A stretch of DNA of 64,000 nucleotides from positions 12,296-76,295 of IMG/VR virus record IMGVR_UViG_3300023242_000001, one strand, 5' to 3'. This DNA comes from a virus. This document shows positions 46,501 to 55,783 of the stretch, one piece after another. Positions within the stretch are counted from its first letter, which is position 1, and each line of letters starts with the position of its first letter. The notes under the pieces were generated by a model. It saw only the letters and a list, made by a program, of their open reading frames with translations, was not told the origin of the DNA and made no database searches. The position numbers were made by a program, and so were the translations under genes.

Positions 46501-49500
46501 GTGCGGAACTTCTCGAGGTCGTCGAGGGCTTTGTTGATGCCTTCGGCGCGCTTGATCAGGCGTTGGCGGGCTTGGTTGTCCGCCTCGGTATTCAGGGTCT
46601 TGAGCGCCTGCTCCTTCTGGTCGATACGGACCTCTAGGGCATCCACGTCCGCTGCGAGCTTCTCGGCCGAGCCCCTGACGGGCTTGTCTTTTGCAGCTTC
46701 GTCGATCAGCTTTTGCTTGAAGACCTTGGCCTGCGCAATGTCGGCCTCGAGGTTGGCCTTGCGGGACGCCATCGTGCTGTCTTGCAGGCGGTCGATCGCG
46801 ACGCCGTACTCCGACTCCGTGGTCAAGCGCAGAGCAAGTGACACCTTCTGCATCGACTCCTCTGCGCTCAGGCGCTCAGCGAAGCCCCTCTCCAGGGTGT
46901 CGCTGGCTTTGAAGAAGTTGGCGATTTCCTTTTGCAGGAACTCTTTTTTGGCGTTGGCTGCGTTCTCGAGCCCGGCGCGCAGCTCGGAGACGTCACCGTC
47001 AGGTCCCGTAGGCATCCTGCGGGTTTTGGCGGCCATCGCATCTGCGATGAGCTTGTTGTCGTTGGCGCTCTGCTTGAGAAGATCCGACAGATTGATAAAG
47101 TTGCGCTTGCGCGCGTCGGCCCCCTGCTGCACGAAGCGAACCGTCTCGTCGATGTCCCGGTCGCTCTGTAGGGCGGCCACTGCCTTGGCCCCTTGCGCCG
47201 TTTGCGCGTAAGGGGTGTCCCTCATCTGCTGGTTGATGCGCTTCTTCTCAACGGCCATGACCCGGGCGGTTGCAACCTCCTGCGCGGCAAGGTCGTCCAG
47301 CCGCCTAACTGCGATACGCGCTTCGACGTTGTAGCTGGCCACTTTGCCGGTCAGCACATCGATCATGGCCTGCTTCTCAACGGCCAGCCGCTCAATCTCG
47401 GCCTCCATTGCCTCCTTGGTGGCCGCGTAATGCCCGTCCACCGCGAAGGTGGCCTTCTCCATGGCCGTTTCGGTGTCCTTGGAGAACGCCAGGTAGGCGA
47501 GGCCTCCGGCAACCAAGATGAGGCCTATGGCGCCCGCCGCCGCGTTGAGAACAGTAAAGGTCCCCGCAACTCCCGTAGCGGTCACGCCGAGCGCAAGCAG
47601 TCCTGCGGTGAGCGCTGGCGTCGATACCAAGAGCAGCGCCTGCGCGCCTAACGTGAGCAGCATGGCGGCCTTGGCTGCAAGGTAGCCGGTGGCCATGGCA
47701 GCCAACACCTTGGCGCTGTCTGCGATCAGGCGGATGAAGTCGGCGATGCCCACCACCAAGCTCTGCAGACCAGAGCGGAACTCCTCAGAGTTGAAGAGCG
47801 CTCGCATGTCTTGGGCGAGAACCTGGATGGTTGGGCTGACGACGCCGAAGGTCTCGACCAGGGCGGCCTCAAGCGATGCAAAAACACCCTTGATCTGATT
47901 CGATGTCGTCTGGGCCAGGCCAATACCAGCCAGTGCGGCGAACCCCGGAGCCTCCTGCAGGGTCTTGACGATCTCATCGAGCCTGTTCTCGAACCCCTTG
48001 CCCAGCTCCTTTGCCTCTTGGTTGAAGGCCATGAGAACGGCCGACAAAGATTTCAGGCCCCGCTCGTTGCCCAGAGCCTGCAGCGCTTTCTGCTGCTTCT
48101 CAAAGCTCATCCCTGAGAGCTCCTTGGCAAGGTCTCGCACGATCTCTGTGAGCGGGCGGACGGCCTTCGTCGCCTCGTCAAAGATGCTGGTCTTGAAAAC
48201 CTTGCTCAGCACCATCTCAGCGCGCTTGGACGAGCCCATCAGCTCGTTGTACATGTTGCGCATGGCCGTGCCAGCCGCGGTGCCGCGAATGCCGGATTGG
48301 CTTAGCAGGGCCAGCGAGGTGGCTGCGTCCTGCACAGTCACACCGTACTGCTGAGCCACGGTCGAGGCCTGCTTGAACGACTCGGTCATCGACTCGACCG
48401 AGCTCATCGAGATCGCGGCTGCCTTGGAGATTACGTCAGCTACCGTGCCAAAGCCTGTGGCCGAGTAGCCAAACGCGGTGGAAATCGCCACCAGGCTCTC
48501 GGCGGCTTTGCCCGCTTCAAGCTCGCCAGCAACCGAGAAGTTGAGCACAGGTTTGAGCGCTGCCAGCTGCTCTTTGGCATTCAGGCCCGCCAGCGACAAC
48601 GCCTTCAGCGCGGTCGCGATCTCCAGCGGACCCTTGACGCCCACGCGGGCAAGGTCCAGTGTTGACTGGGCAAGCTGGTCGACAGCCTGCGCCGACTCGC
48701 CGCCGAGGTAGCGGATGGCTGCCAGGCGCTGCTCAAACTCAGCGCCCTTTTTGATGGTCTGCACGAATGCGTTGGAGACGGCGGCGCCGACGAGCAGCGG
48801 CGCGATCGAGCCCCAGGTCAGCCACATGGCGTTGAACCCGGAGGCAAGTCCCCGCGTGAGTGAGTGGCCCTCGCGCAGCAGCCCGTTCAGGTTGCCCATG
48901 GTGCCAGCAGCGCCGGCCCCCGCGCGCTGGAATTCACCGAGGTTTTTGGCTGCGGCCAGCGCCGCAGCCCCGTACCTTGCTGCGGCATCCGCCTCCGACA
49001 TACCCCCCGCCAGCGCCCCGGACACGCGCGTGGCGCGGCTCAGCTGCCCTGCGCGACTCATGGCCCCGAATCCCGCGTTCCTGTCGATGCCTGCGTTGGC
49101 GTTGCGGGCTGCCCGAAGCTGTGCCGCCGCCTCCTCTGCGGCCAGCTTGGCCCTCAGGGCCGCCAGACCCGCGCCAGCTCTGGCCACCAGCGCCTGGCGC
49201 TCTTGGGCCAGCCTCTGCTCGTCGAGCATGTCCTGGCGGCGCAGGGCCAGGACTTTCCCCGAGTTTCTCGCCTCCGCCTCGAACGCGGCCAGCCGAAGCT
49301 TGTCACCCGCAAACAGGCTGGCCCCTCCCTGGCGGGCCTGCTGAAGTTCGGGGATTGTTCGTGCCCGGAGGGCGGCAAGCGCCTCATACTCCGCCTGCAC
49401 CTGTGCCCGTCGTGCGCGCACCGTAGCGATGGTGCTGTCCGCCAGCGCATCCCCAACCTCTTTGCCGACCTTCTTGGCTGCTGCCTTGCCCTTGCCCGAC

Positions 49501-49733
49501 GCGTCCTTGACCGCCTTGTCAAGCTCTGCCGGCAGCTCCTTGAAGGCCTTCTGCATCGAGATGGCCGTGCCCTCCAGCGTACTGCGCAGGTTGAGCATCT
49601 GCGCGCGCAGGTTGCGGGGCGACATGTTGTCGATCTGCGCCAGGGCCGCGCGAAGATCCGCCAACGCCTCCAGTATCGGCCGCATGGCCTGGACAAACGG
49701 GGCGCCGTCAACTCCGATGTTTGGCCCGCTCAT
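43545..49733 (-). CDS. Tail tape measure protein
   Basis: 2062 aa, Ala-rich and helical; TP901-type core (GIRGTAAGTAMRN); follows the chaperone genes. Confidence 0.92.
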   Translation of the reverse strand: MSGPNIGVDGAPFVQAMRPILEALADLRAALAQIDNMSPRNLRAQMLNLRSTLEGTAISMQKAFKELPAELDKAVKDASGKGKAAAKKVGKEVGDALADSTIATVRARRAQVQAEYEALAALRARTIPELQQARQGGASLFAGDKLRLAAFEAEARNSGKVLALRRQDMLDEQRLAQERQALVARAGAGLAALRAKLAAEEAAAQLRAARNANAGIDRNAGFGAMSRAGQLSRATRVSGALAGGMSEADAAARYGAAALAAAKNLGEFQRAGAGAAGTMGNLNGLLREGHSLTRGLASGFNAMWLTWGSIAPLLVGAAVSNAFVQTIKKGAEFEQRLAAIRYLGGESAQAVDQLAQSTLDLARVGVKGPLEIATALKALSLAGLNAKEQLAALKPVLNFSVAGELEAGKAAESLVAISTAFGYSATGFGTVADVISKAAAISMSSVESMTESFKQASTVAQQYGVTVQDAATSLALLSQSGIRGTAAGTAMRNMYNELMGSSKRAEMVLSKVFKTSIFDEATKAVRPLTEIVRDLAKELSGMSFEKQQKALQALGNERGLKSLSAVLMAFNQEAKELGKGFENRLDEIVKTLQEAPGFAALAGIGLAQTTSNQIKGVFASLEAALVETFGVVSPTIQVLAQDMRALFNSEEFRSGLQSLVVGIADFIRLIADSAKVLAAMATGYLAAKAAMLLTLGAQALLLVSTPALTAGLLALGVTATGVAGTFTVLNAAAGAIGLILVAGGLAYLAFSKDTETAMEKATFAVDGHYAATKEAMEAEIERLAVEKQAMIDVLTGKVASYNVEARIAVRRLDDLAAQEVATARVMAVEKKRINQQMRDTPYAQTAQGAKAVAALQSDRDIDETVRFVQQGADARKRNFINLSDLLKQSANDNKLIADAMAAKTRRMPTGPDGDVSELRAGLENAANAKKEFLQKEIANFFKASDTLERGFAERLSAEESMQKVSLALRLTTESEYGVAIDRLQDSTMASRKANLEADIAQAKVFKQKLIDEAAKDKPVRGSAEKLAADVDALEVRIDQKEQALKTLNTEADNQARQRLIKRAEGINKALDDLEKFRTAELDSQTLAREKLALEESTAGMSERNASIEMAGAKKRLEFLAQELKIRKAIDDYKASGGDAGLLAAAEAELKGLQGAMVQAVDNARGEAAKLFDKGTQDEITKTLSDAIEAGLSSGKGFVDTLKNYLVNAFKKMVLRPTIEAFVKPLAQTLTGALTGGAAQAGQGGGGGGISGLLSGASGLKNLFGGAGILGSSAAYGAAIGTTSIGVGSQAAMLAAQTGGFGASGLALTAQAGGGAMGAIGGAASGLMAAAPYIAVAALVVAALMKKTPGRQHEGGIYSSSGTDARSVATSLTGDAGYHDMLDRQNAGLMDFVKTTVDGTLTAAKGLAKTLGMSMALSMDAGFTANLNGQGAQKNSFGQAQIFDSGNLIGSFNNNRLDGDPTKGGAEFKAQLEEMVAAAILGGTEFVRAGETSLLAIKRLSSSLLVVNGTFDTLGYKLLETSLAGGDLASKLADAFGGLENFATATSTYYEAFYSEQERTATGVRQLTETLGRLGIALPNTGATDALAQYRALVDAQDINTEAGRATYAALVTLGGGFAQLVGSTQSLAAAAAAADQSVRNLADAANQLAQASANQLAARQLSAVQELNQFAQNAAQLTVDNAQKALDAAQSDLDAARAAEQQAQQGSARGAIEAVQNALKLQSDVLRETVSATRAVFETVRDAVRSLYSEVASTSSQAGAQGRAFIDAALSTALSTGYLPDASQLRDAIGAVTGDIGKAAYATRFEQERDQLVLAGKLSKLSEVSGYQLTEAERQLEALDDLMGVNSKQLDALGAINASVLSVSAALAAFTGAQSALTTAQTSQTAVKIQQAAVDSTRLQSGAFNTDGTVKTASGAVVGVSDFVGQTDAARAAAYLLRYPDVAASFASGNTYGMDAAEFASVHFALYGKKEKRQFAVGTNFVPYDMDARVHKGEMIVPAAYNPATSGVGGGNTERLERLVEVLTAEVQRLQIIGATGNRHAERTATVLDDSARGKQPLITAT

Positions 49734-49849
49734 TTGCCGACCCCCGAACGCGCAACCAAAGCAGCCCGCAGATCCGTGAGGCTCTGCAGGATGGGTTGCA
49801 TGGCCTTCTGGAAGGAAGAGCCATCAAGGTTGACGTTGGGTCCGCTCAA
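49730..49849 (-). CDS. 39-aa mini-ORF paralogous to the tape-measure N-terminus
   Basis: TTG start; MSGPNVNLDGSSFQKAMQPILQSLTDLRAAL versus TMP MSGPNIGVDGAPFVQAMRPILEALADLRAAL; its stop overlaps the TMP ATG. Confidence 0.6.
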   Translation of the reverse strand: MSGPNVNLDGSSFQKAMQPILQSLTDLRAALVARSGVGK

Positions 49850-49851
49850 AA

Positions 49852-50196
49852 TCAGGTCTTCGGTTGGTTGTCGGACCAGTGCTTCATGAACACCCGGTCA
49901 AGCATTTGCAGAATGCGCAGATACTTGCTGCGCAGGTCCGCTTGCGCAATCCCCACCAGCTGCAAATAAGCCAGAACCTCAGAGATTTGCAGCGGTGTGG
50001 GCGAGCTGTGCCCCATGGGGCGCGCCTGATCCAGCGCCCGAAAAGCCTTCAGCAGCTCTTGGTCGCGCGAGTGAAGTTTGGGGATGGCGCGCAGCGGCGC
50101 CGGGGTCACCCCCGTCTGCTTGGCGCGCTCCTGAAACGCCTTGATGTGAGGCCCCCACCGGAGCTCCCACACCAAGTACGCGTTCAGCCGTTTCCC
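49852..50196 (-). CDS. Tail assembly chaperone, -1 frameshift extension (gpT-like)
   Basis: The -1 frame after GGGAAAC reads KRLNAYLVWELRWG... Confidence 0.8.
   Translation of the reverse strand, partial: GKRLNAYLVWELRWGPHIKAFQERAKQTGVTPAPLRAIPKLHSRDQELLKAFRALDQARPMGHSSPTPLQISEVLAYLQLVGIAQADLRSKYLRILQMLDRVFMKHWSDNQPKT
49920..49954 (-). promoter_or_regulatory. Late-promoter motif upstream of the mini-ORF and tape measure
   Basis: GGGGATTG-N21-AGTATC. Confidence 0.65.
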
Positions 50197-50579
50197 TGGG
50201 CCTCTTCGGCCTTCGCCTTGAAGGACTCAAAGTTGTCGCTGAAGCCCGAGACCTTCTTGCGGAAGTCCTTGATGCGCAGCATGGTGCGCGCCATCTCGCG
50301 CGAGTAAGCGACGTCCTTGCCCTTGAACTGCAGGCCCTTCCAGTCAAGCAGAATGGTGTCGGCCATCAGGTCGACCATCAGGCCTTCAGCCACCTGGTCG
50401 GCCTCGGGCGTGTTGCCCTCGAGCTCGACCGAGTGCTTCTCCATGGCCTTGCGCAAGCCGGCGGCGAAGTTGCTGTTGCCCGAGCGCGCCACGCGCACCG
50501 AGGCCGTCTTGGAGAGGTTGAACCAGGTGCCCTCGACTTCAGAGGTTTCGTCGGTGGCGTAGGAGGAGAAAATGTCCAT
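50184..50579 (-). CDS. Tail assembly chaperone (gpG-like)
   Basis: Lies between the tail tube and TMP genes; LLDWKG motif; ends in a slippery site. Confidence 0.85.
   Translation of the reverse strand: MDIFSSYATDETSEVEGTWFNLSKTASVRVARSGNSNFAAGLRKAMEKHSVELEGNTPEADQVAEGLMVDLMADTILLDWKGLQFKGKDVAYSREMARTMLRIKDFRKKVSGFSDNFESFKAKAEEAQGNG
50190..50196 (-). other. Programmed -1 frameshift slippery heptamer G GGA AAC
   Basis: In-frame X XXY YYZ just before the stop codon. Confidence 0.85.
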
Positions 50580-50607
50580 GAGGTGCTTCTTTTTATTTTC
50601 AGGGCGT

Positions 50608-50630
50608 AAAAACCGGCCCGGATGGGCCGA
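50608..50630 (-). terminator. Intrinsic terminator after the tail tube gene
   Basis: Minus strand CGGCCC-ATCC-GGGCCG followed by GTTTTT. Confidence 0.7.
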
Positions 50631-50657
50631 TCTATTCGGGGTGTCTCCCCAAATTCT

Positions 50658-51884
50658 TTAAGCTACAACCGCGCGGGTGATGCGGATGCCGCGGTTCGTG
50701 GCTGCGTTGAAGAAGGCAGAGAACGGCAGCGACAGCATGGTGTCGTCGGCCCGCCCGCCTGGGTTCATGCCACCGTCGGTGTAGTTGATCTTGTCAAACT
50801 CGATCAGGTAGCCGTTGCCGGCGCTGTCGGCCACACCCAGCACAAGGCTTGAGGTCGTTCCCTGGAGCCACTTGTTGTAGTAGGTCGCGTTCTCGACGTA
50901 CATCTCGATGTTGCCGCTCAGTTCCAACTCGCCCAGGCCCACATCAGCGTTGCCGAACACACCGATGGCCTTCTGGCCCCGCGCGTTGTTGTTGATGCTC
51001 AGGCTCACCGACTTGATGAAGCTGGAGCTGCCCGTCAAGATGCTCTGGCCACCTTCGTAGATGGCACCCACGTCGGTCACCGAGTTCATCACCTCGAACG
51101 GCTGCGACGCAGCGGGCGTGCCCGGCAGGCGGGTGGTGGGCTGAATCGTGTGGCCCATGCCCGTGAAGCCGAACGAGCCGGTGATGATGGAGCCCACTTC
51201 CATGGACATCTCCATCGTGTTGGGGCGCATGCCGGTGTAGGTGAGCACCTGGCTGATGTCGGTCATCAGGTATTCCATGGCAAACGAGCGCGCAACCGAG
51301 CCGTTGGACATGGTCGACTGGCTGATCGCGTAGCCCGCAGCGGCGGTGATGCCCAGGCCGGGTGCGACGATGGGCGTGCTGGGGTCCAGCGTGATGGTGG
51401 TTGCCGTGGTCGAGAGCACCTTGAACCAGCGGTTCGCGAAGTAGGCCCGCACGGCCGCAGTGGCCGCCACTGGGGGCACCACCTTGAACCAGGAGCCCAC
51501 AGCCAGGGTGGTGAATGCGGACGCGCCCGTCAGCGCCACAGCCGCTGTGATGGTGCTGGCTGCGGTGGTGGCGCCAAAAACGGCACCCAGGCCGCCAACG
51601 CCGTGGTGAGCGTACGCCGAAGAGAGCACGCCCTCGAGGAACGGGTCGTATTCGCGGGCAGACAGCTCGAAATTGAAGCCGCCGTCGACATCCAGGTCGG
51701 TGCGGGTCTGGCCGGTGGAGAGGCGGTCAGCGCGGATCTCTTGGGACTTGACCGTGGCCAGCGACGCCTTGAGGCTTGGCGTTAGCATGCGCAGGTTGAG
51801 CGCGTTGCCCGCGCCGGGAATCACACCCTGAGTGGCTTCTTGGATGTAGCGAAGTTGCCCGAAGGCGGATGAAGCAAATGGCAT
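50658..51884 (-). CDS. Major tail tube protein
   Basis: LRYIQE, SQEIRADR and GGFNFELS motifs; synteny. Confidence 0.8.
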   Translation of the reverse strand: MPFASSAFGQLRYIQEATQGVIPGAGNALNLRMLTPSLKASLATVKSQEIRADRLSTGQTRTDLDVDGGFNFELSAREYDPFLEGVLSSAYAHHGVGGLGAVFGATTAASTITAAVALTGASAFTTLAVGSWFKVVPPVAATAAVRAYFANRWFKVLSTTATTITLDPSTPIVAPGLGITAAAGYAISQSTMSNGSVARSFAMEYLMTDISQVLTYTGMRPNTMEMSMEVGSIITGSFGFTGMGHTIQPTTRLPGTPAASQPFEVMNSVTDVGAIYEGGQSILTGSSSFIKSVSLSINNNARGQKAIGVFGNADVGLGELELSGNIEMYVENATYYNKWLQGTTSSLVLGVADSAGNGYLIEFDKINYTDGGMNPGGRADDTMLSLPFSAFFNAATNRGIRITRAVVA

Positions 51885-51916
51885 GGGGTTCCCCGTGTTG
51901 ACCGGTCAGATGCCAC

Positions 51917-51951
51917 CAAACTTGCACACCCCGTCCGAGAACACAATCCCC
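51917..51951 (-). promoter_or_regulatory. Late-promoter motif upstream of the tail tube gene
   Basis: GGGGATTG-N21-AGTTTG; intergenic. Confidence 0.75.
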
Positions 51952-52359
51952 CTACGCTCGGTCCAGTGAGAACGGCGCCAGAATGCCCACCTTGTGCCAG
52001 CCCAAATGCTGGGTCGGCGTGAGCCTCTCTGGAAAGTCGAAGCGCGCGCCACCCAGGCGCCGGGGTCGAAACAGCTCCTCAAGCTGGTCCATCAAGTCGT
52101 CGGCGCGCCCGGTGCCTTCGCCCTCGCGCACGAACACTCGCACCACCAACGCACCGGTGGCGCGGCCCATCGGGCGCTCCCCCAGCGCCGCTGTGCTGGC
52201 GCCGTAGAAGCGCACCTCGGTGTCAACCCACACATCGCCCACGTTGGCAAGGTCTGGCTGGGGCCCGTTCTCGAAGAAGATCGGCACGGCCCCTGGCGCG
52301 ATCGCCCAGTCCTGTAGCGCGGTGTTCACCGCCGCACGGAACGCTTTGCCTGTGCTCAC
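51952..52359 (-). CDS. Tail terminator-like protein
   Basis: Size and synteny; FENGP...GEGTG. Confidence 0.65.
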   Translation of the reverse strand: MSTGKAFRAAVNTALQDWAIAPGAVPIFFENGPQPDLANVGDVWVDTEVRFYGASTAALGERPMGRATGALVVRVFVREGEGTGRADDLMDQLEELFRPRRLGGARFDFPERLTPTQHLGWHKVGILAPFSLDRA

Positions 52360-52961
52360 AGCTTGAACCCTCGGTCAAACACCTGCGGCAGGCTGATGCC
52401 GACCCGCCCGGTTTTGGTGGACACCACGATCACGCTCTCCTGGGCGTTCTCGTAGGGCAGGTTCACGGCGCGCAGGCGCTTTGCGGCGTAGCCTGGGTTT
52501 TGCAGGTCGGACAGGTAGGACTCGATGTTCGAGCCGTCGTCAGACGTGCCCTCAACCCCGTTGGAGATGAAGGCCCGGTCGTTGTAGGTGATGCCCCCGC
52601 GCTTGAACCCCAGGCGCGGGCCGCCGCCCACACCGTAGAGCTTCACCTTGTTGCGCCGCTTGGCCACCTCAATGAACTCAGGGAAGCCCTGGCTTCGGTG
52701 GGATTCAAGTCTCTTGAATCGACCGCTGTCGCCCACGTACTCGATCTTTCCACCCTGGGAATACACCGTGAAGTCCGGCGTGTTGGCGCTGATGTTCCAG
52801 TTCGCCACCGCGCGCCCGGACGACTGCGGCGTGTTCTGCAGGATGCGCAGGAAGACCTGCCAGACATAGTTCCTGAACGCATCAGCGGTGAGAAAGCGCG
52901 TCTTGTCCATCGCAAACTCGATATCGCCCAGGTTCTGGCGCAGGCTGGAGATCATGCCCAT
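52356..52961 (-). CDS. HK97 gp10-like neck/tail completion protein
   Basis: TPQSSGRAVANW motif. Confidence 0.6.
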   Translation of the reverse strand: MGMISSLRQNLGDIEFAMDKTRFLTADAFRNYVWQVFLRILQNTPQSSGRAVANWNISANTPDFTVYSQGGKIEYVGDSGRFKRLESHRSQGFPEFIEVAKRRNKVKLYGVGGGPRLGFKRGGITYNDRAFISNGVEGTSDDGSNIESYLSDLQNPGYAAKRLRAVNLPYENAQESVIVVSTKTGRVGISLPQVFDRGFKL

Positions 52962-53788
52962 CAGGCCCTCCTCACATGGGCAAGGGTGACGCCGGGCAGG
53001 TTTTGTGTGCCCTGCACCGTCCAGGCTTGGCCGGCGGCGGTGATCCGCGCGCGGCTGTCGATCATGGCCTGGGCGCGAAACACCATCACGTCGTCGCCCT
53101 CTCGGAACTTGCCGTCTGCCTGGTCGGTGTACTCAAACAGATCCTGCCAGCGCGTGCGCAGCGCGGGCGTGTCGACTGTGGCGGTGGGCGTGTAGCTGCC
53201 GCTCACCGGGTCGTAGGCGCGGTAGCTCACGCTCACCGTCTGCGCCGGCGCTTCGAGCTTGACCAGGATGGCCACCGCAAAGCCAGACGCCATCTCGCGC
53301 ACCGCGCGCACCAGGAAGGTGAGGCCGTTTTGCTGCACGATCGAGTTCACCGCCGGGGGATTCAGCGCCGGGAAGTAGCCGTTGTACTGGGCGGTGACCT
53401 GAGAGGAGATGTTCCCTTCCTTCACGTCGCGCGTCCACTCGATGCCCGCCCAGGCAAGGGTGGGGAACGTGCCCGCGAGGTGGCCGTCCAGTGTGCTCAG
53501 GCTCACCCGCTCGGCGGGCTGCAGCACGTACTTTTGCCGGTGCAACTGGTCCAGTCCGTCGGGCTCCATGTTGCCCGCCAGCCACACCAGGTCGAGCACG
53601 CGCAGGCCCCGGTCACGCGGCACCACTGTGCCGGGCTTCACCGAGAGCACGCGCCGGTAGGCTGCGCCGGCGTCCCGTCGGCTATCGTCATATGGGTCGA
53701 CCTGGGCCAGAAACAACAGATCGCCGGTGTCGGCGTCGTCCACCTCCAGCCGGTCGAAGTAGGCCGATGCCTGGGCAAGGTTCATCAT
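52961..53788 (-). CDS. Head-closure-like protein
   Basis: Synteny; beta-rich. Confidence 0.5.
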   Translation of the reverse strand: MMNLAQASAYFDRLEVDDADTGDLLFLAQVDPYDDSRRDAGAAYRRVLSVKPGTVVPRDRGLRVLDLVWLAGNMEPDGLDQLHRQKYVLQPAERVSLSTLDGHLAGTFPTLAWAGIEWTRDVKEGNISSQVTAQYNGYFPALNPPAVNSIVQQNGLTFLVRAVREMASGFAVAILVKLEAPAQTVSVSYRAYDPVSGSYTPTATVDTPALRTRWQDLFEYTDQADGKFREGDDVMVFRAQAMIDSRARITAAGQAWTVQGTQNLPGVTLAHVRRA

Positions 53789-54285
53789 GCGCCAGTCACC
53801 GGGTCTATGCCCCGGCGCGCGGCCGCAAACAGCCGTGGCGCCACCATCGGCGCGCCGGCCACGCCGGAGATCAGCTGCACCAGCGCGCTCACCACGTCGC
53901 CGCGGTAGCGCGCGCGCAGCGTCTCGACGCGCTTCATCACCAGCTCGTAGGGCTCACCCGAGAAGCGGGTAATGGAGGCCTTGCCGTCGCTGACCGCGCG
54001 CGGCGCGAAGTTGGCCAGCGACACGCCCACCTGGGCCGCCACGGTGTAGACCGCAAACAGCGACACCGAGTCAAAGAAGTTGCGCTCGTCGTCCGTGCGA
54101 GCGGCGAACGTCTTGTTGGCGATCAGAGAAAAAGACGCACCCAGGGACGTGGAGAGCTTATTGAGCTCACGAACCAGGCCCATCTCGTAGACGGGAAGGG
54201 CAAGCACCTGGTCCGACAGCTCGGTCGCGTTGACGCCAAGGGCTGCGCGTACCTCGTCTGGCTGGCAATAGGTGGTCAATGGCAT
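53785..54285 (-). CDS. Head-tail adaptor-like protein
   Basis: TYCQPDEVRAALG N-terminus; synteny. Confidence 0.6.
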   Translation of the reverse strand: MPLTTYCQPDEVRAALGVNATELSDQVLALPVYEMGLVRELNKLSTSLGASFSLIANKTFAARTDDERNFFDSVSLFAVYTVAAQVGVSLANFAPRAVSDGKASITRFSGEPYELVMKRVETLRARYRGDVVSALVQLISGVAGAPMVAPRLFAAARRGIDPVTGA

Positions 54286-54305
54286 GCGGTAAGGCCCTGC
54301 GAAAC

Positions 54306-54530
54306 TTACTCGGTGAACTCGACCAACTTGCCCGTTTCAAGCTGGGCTCGCACGAAATCGTCGATCACATGTTGCTTGGGCTCGGAGGTGAACAGGACGT
54401 TGGTGTAGAGGTGCAGCATGTTTCCGTGCACCGACTGTAGCCAGACCTTCTTGGGGGCCGCAACCTCCGGGGCCGCAGCTTGAGGCGCTTCGACTTCGGG
54501 GGCGGGGGCGGGCTTGGCAGTTTTGCTCAT
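54306..54530 (-). CDS. Small hypothetical virion protein
   Basis: Follows the capsid gene. Confidence 0.55.
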   Translation of the reverse strand: MSKTAKPAPAPEVEAPQAAAPEVAAPKKVWLQSVHGNMLHLYTNVLFTSEPKQHVIDDFVRAQLETGKLVEFTE

Positions 54531-54552
54531 GGTGTTCTCGTGGTGTGCTCGT

Positions 54553-54588
54553 GAAAAAGAGGCGGAGCGCTTCCGCGGCCCGCCTCTC
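54553..54588 (-). terminator. Intrinsic terminator after the major capsid gene
   Basis: Minus strand AGAGGCGG...CCGCCTCT followed by TTTT. Confidence 0.75.
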
Positions 54589-54601
54589 TGGGTGAGACCT
54601 A

Positions 54602-55783
54602 TCAGGCGTAGGTCAGAACTTCGAAGGCTTCGTCGAACAGGCGGTAGACCACTTCACCGCTGTCCACGCGCATGGCGGTGGAGCGCTTGAGCACGAACTG
54701 CTCGATGGCGCTGTACTGGGCGGTGAGCGAGGCCACGCGGTGGATACCGAACTGGCTGTCCAGGCCCATGATGGTCTTGGCTGGCCAGTTCGGGTCGTTG
54801 GTCAGGAACACACGAACCCGGGCCGAGTAGGTGGGGTTGATTACCTCAATCAGCGTGTCGATGCGGGCGCTGTTGGGGTTGTCGCCGGTGATGACCGGCT
54901 TGCCCGTACGGTTCTCGATCGCCATGGCGCCAGCCAGGTCGGTCACGATGTGGGTGATCGTGCGCTTCTCAGCGCGCTGCGTCAGCCAGGTCAGCCAGGC
55001 CAACTGGGTCAGGCCAGTGGTGGCGGCGGCGTCCAAAGAAACAGCAGTCCGCACCTTGCCAGCGAAGGTAGACAAAGCCGCCATGCCCATATCCACGTCA
55101 CCGTTGAGCAACGACATGATGTAGCCGTTGGCGCGCTCGTTGCCCTCGACAGATGCCTGACGAGCCACAGCCAAACCGACCAGGTCAAGCGTGGTGCTGC
55201 GCAGCGCCTGCTCGGAGATCTCCATGCCGATGCCGTAAGACGGGATCCGCATGGATTTGTCCGACGCGGTGATGGTCAGCATCGAGTTGGGCATCGACAG
55301 CTGGCTCACCGGCGCCGAGCGCGCGGCTTCGGGCTTGCTGAAGTTCAACACTGGGCGCTCCCAGCGGTCCCCTGCAATGCTGTCGTCTTGCGCCAGCATC
55401 GAGGTCAGCGCGTTGGGGTTGGTGGAGCGGTTCACCTGCAGCTTGTCTTCGATCACGTCGAGGATCACAGCGGGGAACAGCAAGCGCGAAGCAGGCACAC
55501 CGTCGCGGGTGATGGCTGTGCCGTTGTTGGCTTCCTTGGGGTTCAGCACATCTTCCATCGTGGAGGCGCGGATGCCGAACTCCTTGTTGGACTTGGTGAA
55601 GATGCCGCACTGCTCGAGCAGCTGCTGCATCACGGTGCCGTCTTTGCTGGCGTTCACCGGCACCTGACGTGCGAGGTGTTGGCCAAGGCTCAGGCCGGCT
55701 TCGGCGGCGTCGCGGTAAGACGCCATGCTCAGATCAACGGGGGTGTTTTCACCCCGGGCGTTGACAACAATCAAATCTGCCAT
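54602..55783 (-). CDS. Major capsid protein
   Basis: 393 aa from MADLIVVN; AAGGAG SD; synteny; followed by a terminator. Confidence 0.8.
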   Translation of the reverse strand: MADLIVVNARGENTPVDLSMASYRDAAEAGLSLGQHLARQVPVNASKDGTVMQQLLEQCGIFTKSNKEFGIRASTMEDVLNPKEANNGTAITRDGVPASRLLFPAVILDVIEDKLQVNRSTNPNALTSMLAQDDSIAGDRWERPVLNFSKPEAARSAPVSQLSMPNSMLTITASDKSMRIPSYGIGMEISEQALRSTTLDLVGLAVARQASVEGNERANGYIMSLLNGDVDMGMAALSTFAGKVRTAVSLDAAATTGLTQLAWLTWLTQRAEKRTITHIVTDLAGAMAIENRTGKPVITGDNPNSARIDTLIEVINPTYSARVRVFLTNDPNWPAKTIMGLDSQFGIHRVASLTAQYSAIEQFVLKRSTAMRVDSGEVVYRLFDEAFEVLTYA

